A stretch of 61,222 nt of DNA, counting the filler, from Sluysia triapertura (Eukaryota), in assembly GCA_046118255.1 (NCBI GenBank). It is 5 parts of 5 records of this genome, joined end to end, with 100 filler letters (N's around TTAATTAATTAA, not from the genome) between each part and the next. Parts side by side here need not be neighbours in the genome. Positions count along the whole stretch, not along the records: positions 48,473 to 61,222 come from JBJNIA010084143.1; 4 more parts are not named here. The stretch is one strand, 5' to 3'. Under the pieces are notes generated by a model. It saw only the letters and a program-made list of their open reading frames with translations. It was not told where the DNA came from and did no database searches. A program made the position numbers and the translations under genes. Below, in pieces: positions 51,182 through 61,222 of the stretch (positions are counted from its first letter, which is position 1; each line of letters starts with the position of its first letter).

Positions 51182-54163
51182 GTAATTTTTTTGGTTATTA
51201 TTTATTATTTATTATTTATTAATTGTTTATAAAGTAAACTTAAACTGTTTTATCGATAATTTAATATATTTACGTAACAGAAGTTAATGACATTGTTGGA
51301 TCTTTGATAAATCATTTTATTTACTCTAAATGAAGATAATTCTGTTACATATGAAACATTAATCAATGTTCATGAGAAAAATCGACGAAGTATCCATATT
51401 TTCTCATCAATTTTTCTAACCCAATTCGTCAAATTGATAAGACAAATATTATCAAAAAATCTAAAAAGAAGGTAAATATAAAGTAGGAATTTTAGAGCAA
51501 TGTAAAGAATATTCTTTGTTCTGAGTAAGGTTTTAATAGTATTCTTATATGAGATCTAGACGAAATTTTTATTTACTTCATTTTCTTTGTTATTTCTTTG
51601 AACATAATGTATTTTAATAATATAATATATTTTTATTATTCTATTCACTATTACCATATTGTTTGGATGTTGTATCATATTTTTGGTTTTTACATTTTTA
51701 ATTTGTGTAAATTTTTCGAGGTTTTTTTTAAAACCCATAAAACTATAACATTTCATTGTTGAAAAAATATAATTTGCAAATTAAACATTTTTAATATTGT
51801 CATTATTGTTGAAATTTATGTAAAAGTAAGAACAATTATATGAAATTTTATTTCACGTTTGCAATTTTTAAACTTAAAAAAATGGCTAAAACACCAAAAA
51901 AAACTTAGATTCAGCTTCCAAAAAATATCAATGTAACAAAGAAAATCCATTAAGGCATTTATAAGCGATGTTCCCTCTAAATTTTGCAAGTATCTGTGTG
52001 CAATATTTAGTGCTGTGCAAAACATGACAAACTGAAATTAATTGTGTGCACAAGAATGAACATATGACAGGAATACAAGACTAATAATAAACTAATAATA
52101 AATTGTCTTTTTGTTTATGTCAATTGTGTACAAACATTCTAATTCTTCTCCCTTCTATCTTTTGTCTATACCCGTACTTTGTACACACAATCTAAATCAA
52201 GCACACCATTACTTTGAATATAGCTCTTAATTCTTACATTCACGTCCAGATGTACATCACCCATTCTGTTTCTTTGCTTGGTTTTAATGGACTTCATTAA
52301 AAGAAGAGATTTCGTCATTTCCAAACTCAAAGTCGCAATCTTATTTCAACTTTGTCACATCTTGAATTTCATTATCTGGAAATGTGTCTTCCAAATGACA
52401 ATACAATCTTTCATTAAAAGTTAAAATAGGTTTTGAATCTATTGAATTATATTTTGCTGCGTATTCCAGAACCGTGGAATTTGATTTTCTCACTCCAGTT
52501 AGAAACTTCCAAAAGTATTGAGACATTTGATTTTTTGTACCTTTCTGCAAATCCACAGCCTTGGTACCATGTGCATAAATTTTTGCCTACAATACAGAGC
52601 ACACCATGCACGATTATCATGGATTTAAGTAGTCCTTGTTTTCAACAATCATAAAAACCATACTTAAATAATTTATTTCGTTGCTAAAGAAATAAAAATC
52701 CCATTTTCAAAACCGATATTTAAAGTTATTTTGACATTGAGCCAGTATTTTTTCTCATTAAGAAACTTTTATACGCTGCCGTTTTTCCTTTGTGTGATCA
52801 GACATTTTACAACTCTGTGTACCTGCTTTATTGTGTGCATTTAAGTAAATATTAAGTAATATATAGAGTCATGGTATAAGATCCATTATGTGGAATCTGA
52901 TAATACTAAAGGTATTATATAAGGAAAATTGAATAGTTATTGTCTTTAATTTGTGAAGACAAAAAATAATGTATAAAAATCAGAATTTTGTAAAACTAAC
53001 TTGAAGTAATACATTTCTAATCTGGTTATAATCAAATAATTTCACATTTTTATTGGAAATAACACAATATTCTACTTTTATTTGAAAATATCACAAAAAC
53101 CTAACGTTTATTTGACTTTTCTTTCAATTAATAATTATAAAAATTAATTAAATAAAATTAATTCTAATAAAATTACAAAATGTTAATTTTTTAAGTGCGA
53201 AAATATTTCTAAATTCGATTAATTAGTTTTTGTTTGTATTTAGTTGTATTTACTTCAATAAAATGATATTTTAAGAACTCTTATTTTAAACTGCTTTGCT
53301 ATTTCTGCCGAACGATAACGTATAATCATTGAATAATTGGATAATTAAACAACTAATTTTACAATATAATCAAAATATAAATTATAATTTATTTTTAAAT
53401 TTAAATTAACATTGTTAAAATGATTAAAATAAATCCAAAAATATACCTATTTATTTCCAGATATAACAACAGCAAATATTTTTATATTCATTTTTTGTTT
53501 TGTTTAAATTTTCCAACTCTAGCTCATTAATTTTCATTGGATTTAATATTTGTTTTTGTTGTTATTAATTATTAATTGTAAAATTTTGTAATTATGAAAG
53601 TAAGAATACATTTTGCTGTAAAAGTATTAAAATTTCATTATAGTTTTAGTTAATATTTTCATTTTATTTTTTCTTTATTAATTATTTAATTATTTTATCA
53701 TTTTTTAAAAATAATTTTATAATAATACACCATAATATTAAGTCTAACAATATAAATATCATATACAGGGTGATCAAAAAGTAGGTTTCCAGTTATCATG
53801 TAGACTATTTATTTGAAAATTCGATACTAGAACGGCGGAAATTCAATTTACATGTTAACATGCTCAAAATATCCTCCTTTAACATTCAACATTCTTCTCA
53901 TAAACCTTGTTTAGTTTAAGTTTTGATCTAATATTGTTTAAATTTTAATTTCGTAAAATAATATAAATATTCATTAACTTATTCGGTACATTTAAATTGT
54001 ATTTATTATAATCAGTTAATAATATTCGATAAAATTTACAAAATTTTTGTTTATTAAAAACATTATACATAATTTTAAGTTATCAAAAATTAAAAATGAA
54101 CACCGAGTAGAATAACAATTAATTTTTTTGTAACTTGACTATGCCACGAGATAGATTTATAAG

Positions 54164-55053
54164 TTAATTTTTGGTTCCTCGATATTGCGTGGGTGAGTGA
54201 ACTATTATTACTATAATCGAGATTGACTTGAACATCAATTGCTGTAAATTAAAATTGATTCCGAGATCAAATAGAAGAACTTTTAATCTATCGTGATGAG
54301 TGAGGAAATCTGCTGGATACATAACGTCCTTGACTTCGAAACATGTGTGGCTGTATTTACATTTCTCCCTGTACTTGTGACATTTACCAGTTGGAGTGGT
54401 TGAGTATGGACAAAGAGTCATGCGTAGAGTTTTGTTGTCATTATCAAATGACTTAAAATGTTCAGTTTTCGAATTATCATTTGACTATGTTGTTTGTACT
54501 GAATTTACTTGATCGATTAGGACTACTGAACTGACATTTACTATATCTGTAATAGCTAACTTGTAATAGCTAAATTGTAAACGCAACAATTAATTCACGA
54601 ATACTTTTATCTAGCTTCATAACTTTATGTTAAATCACATAGGTTTGGTTTAAATCTAAATTTGTGATTCTTTCATCATTGTTACAGATCATATTGACTT
54701 CTTTTAATTTGGATGGATAGGATTACATAGTCAAACCTTCTGCACCAATACTTTGTATCTGCATCATTCTAACATAAATTTCATTGATTTGTTTAATAAT
54801 ACTACGTGAAATTCACGAGAAATACCAGATAAAACCAAATAATTATTCTGGTCTCTAGGACATAGAAGTACATCACATCCGTCTTTAAAACTAACATTTA
54901 CTAATTTCTTGTTGTTAACCAAATGAATATCAAAACTGAATTCTAAATTATTATTTACTTGACCGTCGAGTATCAAATTTATTTTCTTAATGCAGTGATC
55001 ATTGATACTGAGCCACTCCAGACTCACTGATGACTACAATGCTATAAATATAC
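54164..55053 (-). pseudogene. Fragmented orphan gene with a C-terminal CCCH-type zinc finger
   Basis: ORFs 54764-55027 and 54164-54421. Motif RMTLC-x9-C-x6-C-x3-H (CPYSTTPTGKCHKYREKCKYSH). Confidence 0.55.
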
Positions 55054-55148
55054 ATTAGAAAATAAGGATTAATGTCCTATTTAATATTGTTCAAAAGTTT
55101 TGATTTTACCGCGATTGTAAAATTTAATTATTAACGATTGAAAAACAA

Positions 55149-56241
55149 TGTAGTAATAAGTTTTATTTTTTTTTTTGTGTGTTAACATTAAATCAATATT
55201 CAGACTAAAAATTTTGTGTCTTGATTGGACGTCCAAAACTAATATAGATCACGATAGTTGCGAAAGAGATTGATTGGTCGTCCAATCAGTCAAAAATAAT
55301 TTTCACAAATAAAATGTTTGTAAGTACAAATGATGAAGAGACAGCCACCATTGATAGTCTCAGTAACTGTCATCAGTAGATAGTCAACAAAACAGCATAA
55401 TTCATTTAATTAAATCTGTTCACTGATTACAGGCCACTTAGTGAGAATAGTTGAAAACAATTAATACTGACAATATAGTAACAAAAATAATGATATCAAA
55501 TAATGATAATGATAATAAATAATAGTAATAGAATAAATTTAAAAACATAAATTCTTGGTAAAGTTCTGAAACAAGATCTTTCTTTTTATTTGTTCTTTTT
55601 CTAAACATAAACTTTTAGACTATTATTCTGAAATGTGATAAAAATGTGATTTTAAATGTTTTGAGTGGAATTAAAGATGTAAATTAATGGTTTGAGTGAA
55701 AGTATGATTTGAATGTTGAAATTGTGGGTTTGAGCCTTGATGGTTTTGAATATCATTATTGTTTGGATATTGTAAGCTTGTGGATTAAAATGTTCTGAAT
55801 AAACTTGAAATTGTAGATTGATGGTTTTAAATGTAATTGTAATTCTGATATTATGAATTATAGGTTAAAATGTTTTAAGTAAAATTTAATGTGTGTTAAT
55901 AGTTTTGAATAAAGAAGTGATTTTTTGGTGTCATAAAATTGTAACTTAAAATGCATTAAATGAGAATAGTTCTGGTGGATCTGAAGGCGTAAAATATGAA
56001 AAAGGTTTTGATATTAAGATAGGTCAAATGTTATGGAATGTGCAATATGTTGAACTAATTTTAAAATGTTTTAATTCGATTTTTAGTGTATGTTTGATGA
56101 TTTTCGACGTCGAATAAAATTTTCTTGCGAAATTTTATGTTTAAAATGTTTGATGATAAAAACAATTTTGAACATTGTGAAGGATGATTTTAATGTGTCA
56201 TGATAAAATATAATTCTTGAAGTATTTGAATGATCACCACA
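55149..56241 (+). repeat. ~1.1-kb LTR-like cassette, copy B
   Basis: TGTAGT...TCACCACA ends. GATTGGACGTCCAA and GATTGGTCGTCCAATCAG boxes, CACCATTGATAGT, ACAAGATCTTTC, TG-rich tract. Confidence 0.65.
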
Positions 56242-56548
56242 CCTTTTACTTAGCAACACCCTAAAAAAGAAGTCTATAGGTGTTATGTGGCCATTCGATG
56301 TTGTCTCTTCTTCTGAACCAACGTTGTGGAAAATCTTGGTTAATGTAGTCTCTTACTGTAGACGCATAATGTGGTGGTGCTCCATCCTGCGAAAACCTAA
56401 AAATGATTTAAAAGATTACATTCATCTTGCATTCACAGAAATTGATGAAAATCGGAATTTGTGCTGCACTGTGTGTCAGAGTGTCCTGGAGAGATTTGAA
56501 GAATGTTGCAATGTTGAAGAAGGATATTTTGAGCATATGAACAGATAA
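56242..56548. pseudogene. Scrambled mariner transposase fragments
   Basis: Minus strand 56242-56390: QDGAPPHYASTVRDYINQDFPQRW..IEWP/TPIDFFF*GV. Plus strand 56391-56548: KPKNDLKDYI...VLERFEECCNVEEGYFEH. Confidence 0.85.
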
Positions 56549-57470
56549 ATTGAATTTCCGCTGTTCTAGTACTGAATTTTCAAATAAATAGTCTACATGA
56601 TAACTGTAAACCTTTTTGTGCCACCCTGTATTTATTTAGCTATACTTTTATTAAACATTAATATTTGTATCAATATCTTTTAATTCGTTTACAACGATTT
56701 TTAATTTTTTTCAATGTAATTTAATATTATAATTCATTTTTAGTTTTAGTTTTTCTATTTCTATAAATAGAAAACCTAACTTGTATAATTTGTATTATGG
56801 TAACATAAAAATAACATAAACAAATATTTTCAAAAAATGCTTTTAAAGTGTTCGCTTTACAAAAATAACATTTCTGATAATTAAAACAAGATGCAAATTA
56901 TATTAGAGATAATCATTATTATCATTAATAATAATTTATACAATCAATATGCATAATAATGTATAATATTCTGAATATATAATTATATTTTAATTTTTAT
57001 TATATTGTCTATATTCTTGACATCATTTATCCATTGTGTTATTGTATTATTATTTCCTAAATTTGACTAAATTACAATAATAATAATGATAATAATAATA
57101 ATAGCTTAAAACTTATTTTTTATATTACTTAGTAACTAAGTAAATGTTGATAAATATAATTATTTTCAACTTAGTTTTATAAGATTATAATCAAATAGTG
57201 CTTGTTCGTGTAGAAGGATAGAAGTAAAATCTGGACGGAGAATAAATTACTAACTTTTATTAATATTTAAATATTTTAATTTTATTTAATTATCTTTATT
57301 ATCTTAGGTATTTGCAAATTATTTTTCTACAATTTGAAATCAAATCAGATTAAATTTTGAATCAAAAATTATTACATTTGTATGTATTTATTATAGCTAT
57401 ATGTATTATTGATTATAATTGGCTAGATTATATTATAAATTAGAACTATTGCACAATTGATTCTCATTAA

Positions 57471-58560
57471 CACTAAACACACCGTCGGTCTATCTATACC
57501 AATCAAATGACCCATGTCTTTAAAATCGTGTTGTATTTATATCAGTTTTTCTTTATCTTGATTTAAAATAAAACAATAACAGAAAATACATCAAAAATAT
57601 ATTGAAACAACTATATATAATATATTCGTGATTTTTTGTTTTTCCAAATAATAAAAATAAATAGCTCTTTTTAAATATAATAAAAATTAAACATTTCTGA
57701 TTATTTTTTTGCATACAAAAATAAAAGATAAATCAATTTAATGACTTTACACTTATCGTGTTTGCGGTAAATAATGAATTATATAGGTCCTATTTGTTTC
57801 CATTCAATTTTTTTACAGCTTATAGGGTTTTCAGAAGCACATTTGCCATATACATATTTACTACATTTAGAACTTGATTGTGTCTGGTTTGCACTTTTTA
57901 GTGTCTTCTTTTTTGATAGTTTTATGCTTTGAACTAAGTAGCAAAACGTTTTTATTTGCTTTACTTTTGTAAACTGTGAGCGTACAATGTTCTGATTTGA
58001 ATAGTTTACTTGAATAAAGGGACATGTTATACTTCGCCTGTTTGGCAAACTTAGGTAATTCTTTTTTGTTTGCAGCAACTTTGCAGCCAGACATAGACTT
58101 GTAAAAGATCTTCCGTATCTCGTATGTGGTTCATTTAGTTTCAGAACAATAAATTTTGACAATGGAATTGAAGACATTGTGTTTTCATCCTTTCCAGGTA
58201 TGAAAAACCATTTACAATGTCTTTGGTCTTTATATCAGAAGCCAACCAGATACCTCTTCGTGCATACGTAATGACATTATTTTATTATCATTTTTTACAT
58301 TTATAAACACTATAAGTACTTATGTTACATAACAACATAATATAAACCTCACGTTTGTTTAGAATTTAAATCAGGATCAATTGACCCGTCATGGTAGTTT
58401 ATGCAAGGTTGCATTTTTTTGTTAAAAAAGCAAAAGTAAAAAAATGTTATATGAAAAAGAAGAAAAGTCATTGCAAAAAATAAATATAATTGGTGGTTAA
58501 GTAAAAAAACATATAATAACCCTTAAATGGGTCAATTGACCCGGCACGGTGTGTTTAGTA
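57471..58560 (-). mobile_element. piggyBac internally deleted element
   Basis: TTAA|CACTAAACACACCGT ... ACGGTGTGTTTAGTA|TTAG. Transposase remnants WLASD, NKKELP, LTVYKSKANKNVLLLSSKH..KPDTIKF and a Cys-rich tail. Confidence 0.92.
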
Positions 58561-58817
58561 TTAGATGCCATTTATTATAATATTTCTTATTATATACTTC
58601 ATAATTTGACATTCTACGTATCTGGCTATAAATTTGTGAAACATCACTTGAAATGTAACTTTTAATCATTAATTTCATATGAGTTATATAATATATTTTA
58701 TATAGGAAAAATTTGTCGACAATATGAATGGATACAGATCAATGATAAAGTTTCTTACAATACAAGAAAAGAAAGGAATTAAGAATTAAGGATACTTATT
58801 AGAATGAATATTCGGCG

Positions 58818-58960
58818 TGTTGGGATAAAGGCCTAAAGTACCATAGAATAATAATAGTACAATTGACTATAATAAAATAAAATTCTTATACAGGACTGAT
58901 AAATCAGTGAGTAGAGCACGGGGTTCGATTTCCGGTCATTCCATCTTATGAAGTCGTACG
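58818..58960 (+). mobile_element. tRNA-Ala-bearing mini LTR-like element, copy 4 (degenerate, anticodon arm deleted)
   Basis: TGTTGGGATAAAGGCCTAAAGT...AATTGACTATAATAAAATAAAATT..GGACTGATAAATCAGTGAGTAGAGCACGGGGTTCGATTTCCGGTCATTCCATCTTATGAAGTC. Confidence 0.8.
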
Positions 58961-61222
58961 GAAATAAAAATGCAGAAATTTCGGTCTTTAAGTGAAGACA
59001 CAGTTGACAGATCGGTTAAAATTTGAAGAAAAGTTATCTAGATCATCGAATATGGTGTCACTATTGATAACAATGAGAGAATCATTCCTTATTTTTATAT
59101 TCACAATATAACTTTGACTTGGTTAATGTGAATTGATGATAATTTTCAAGAAATATTTCGAAGAACTAAAGATCTTGTTACATGGATTCCATATTGAAAA
59201 ATGATGCCTATAGATGGTTTGCTAAATATATTATCTTTCTATGATTGGTTTATTTGACGTGGATAATTAATTACAATAAATAAATTAATTAGCTATAATA
59301 AATCTAATGAAACATGTATAATAAAAATAAATGTTTTAACTCGTGCTTTAAATAAACACAATATCATTACTAATTCAATAAAATTTATTTTCATATAAAT
59401 GAAGAAGGCTCCACAGAAACAAATAAAAATATCACAGTGCATACATATATGTGTATTTTTTCTTGATTTTTTCTGAAATCAGCAGAGTATTAAAAATAGA
59501 TTAAATATTGAATTTCATAATTTATTCAATTGTTGTTTTTCTCTGTTTTAAACATAATTTTTGACACGTTCAGCAATATTTTGTCGCTGTTTTAAGATTA
59601 TTTTATGTTTAGTAATAAAATCTATGTTTACTATGTAAGAGATAAGTATTGTTATAAAATTTATTTTGAAGTTTTACAAAATGCGCACATCAATCACGTT
59701 TAGTCAGACCTCATTTGTTTTTCTACTGTAACTTTAGCAATATTTTATAGCGGCCATTTAAAATATTAAATTACTTTTACTGACTAATTTAAAATTCAGT
59801 TTTCTTATTAATTAATTAATGAGTCTTTTTAATAGGTTTAACTAAATCTATATATTTCAAAATAAGATTTAAAATATTAAATTACTTTTTAGCACGCTAT
59901 TTAGTTATAATAAAATTTACGTGTATTCGTTTAAATTATTTAATTTAGGATTAACAAGTAGAATATTAAATATTAAACTGAACTGCGTTTTCTATTAGTA
60001 TTATTTGTTTTATTTAGGCATCTTTAATTTAATATTTTCATAAAGATTAACAATAATAATTATTATTATTAGTATTCAAAAATTTAAGTACAATAATTTA
60101 ATCATAATAAAAATATAGATAATATTCGAGATAAATTGTACTATTATTAATGTGTGTTTGACTAAGTAAATATTATAAATACAATATTATAAATACTATT
60201 TCTAGGGTTATTTCATGCATAACTAGAAAATTTTCGTTTTTATTATAAAATTCATTATTTATAGTAGGACCGAAGTAATCAAGTAAAGATTTGTTGTATC
60301 CAATGACAGCTCAAATGATCTATAAAGCAAATTAATTACAATACGCTTAATGTTTATTGTATGGTCATTCGTATTGCACACTTATATAACATTTTAACAC
60401 TTCATTGATAAGAGTGAAACAAAATCATTTATTTTTGTGTGTCTAAAGGATAAAGTATGAAGAAAATTCTATAAAGCTTATTTGTTTCGTCATGCATTGA
60501 TAATACACATTGAAAATCATCTTTTCCGGTCTTCCCTAATAATTAGAATACATAATTGATGAACACTTGTTAATTTTTCTCCTAATATTTCCATTGAAAG
60601 CTGTTCTAAACAGCACAGAAATACATTATATATTTGTACACTCTCAATGGTTAATTTGAATTTCTCATTTTTAATTCAGGTTTGTTTTCAACTCTTATTT
60701 TGCCTTATGTAATAGTGTCATCTGTTAATGTCCTGTTAGGATCGAATGCATGCTTCGAAATCAATGCATTAAATAAAGTTTTATAAAAATTTAAAAACAT
60801 AAAGTCAAAGCTTTAAATAATCATTATTTAACAATTTAGTAAACGTAAATTAAATATATATAATTAAATATTTTAATATATGTTTAAATATAAATTAAAT
60901 ACTTTAAGTACAGCACAATTTGTTTAAACTTAATAAAATAATAAATAATTTCAAGGTTATTCTAAAACACGATTATATACATACAAAATTCTGTTAAATC
61001 ACACGTAAAATTTTCACATTGTTTTGAGCATTATCATTCTTTTGGGAAATTGTTTTACTCTAATTCGGATCAAGACACAAACTTAATATTTCTGAAATAA
61101 TAAGCTTATCGTATGTATATTGTAATAGGTATCTTTTACCATTTTTTAATTGATGGTAATAAAATATACTTAAACTAAATTTAATATCATTTTTGTTCGG
61201 ATCTTTTAATGCGAGCTCAAAA

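Larger units (their letters stand above)
53766..56628. mobile_element. TA-flanked 2.86-kb structure bounded by ~130-bp inverted mariner (maT/rosa-type) ends
   Basis: 53766-53896 and 56498-56628 are inverted copies starting CAGGGTG and including the transposase C-terminus (GYFEH). Both are flanked by TA. Confidence 0.85.

Noticed and set aside
51281-51333. Terminal exon of the ECT2L-like gene
   Set aside because: The phase fits but the peptide (EVNDIVGSLINHFIYSK*) does not resemble the expected end of the PH domain, so it is unsupported.
59395-59480. Possible piggyBac Cys-rich C-terminus (RKNTHICMHCDIFICFC) on the minus strand
   Set aside because: An isolated motif without TIRs or other transposase blocks.

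Overview
Very AT-rich eukaryotic (metazoan) DNA. The window is five unlinked pieces of about 12 kb (1-11848, 11949-23487, 23588-36632, 36733-48372, 48473-61222) joined by artificial N44-TTAATTAATTAA-N44 linkers, so adjacency across the linkers is not biological. Recognisable host genes are few and divergent: an intronless FGFR1OP2/SIKE gene, a minimal FAM177 gene, two ECT2L-like PH-domain exons, and decayed EME1 and kinesin copies. The rest is mostly transposon debris: Ty3/gypsy gag and integrase remnants, two maT/rosa-type Tc1-mariner relics, pogo/Tigger, piggyBac (one deleted element and one MITE), hAT MITEs and a 740-bp foldback. Two dispersed families are the best candidates for something undescribed. 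(1) A ~155-bp TGTT...AACA element with a 4-bp target duplication, carrying a tRNA-Ala-like Pol III cassette (4 copies on 3 contigs); it looks like a tRNA analogue of the 5S-bearing Cassandra LTRs. (2) A ~1.0-1.1 kb LTR-like cassette (opposed CCAAT boxes, AAT tract, GCATAAA..GATCTTT core, C-poor TG-rich tract, CAC(T/C)ACA end) on 3 contigs, each time next to a different intronless orphan ORF reading away from it. All homology calls come from motif recognition by eye; no database search was run.
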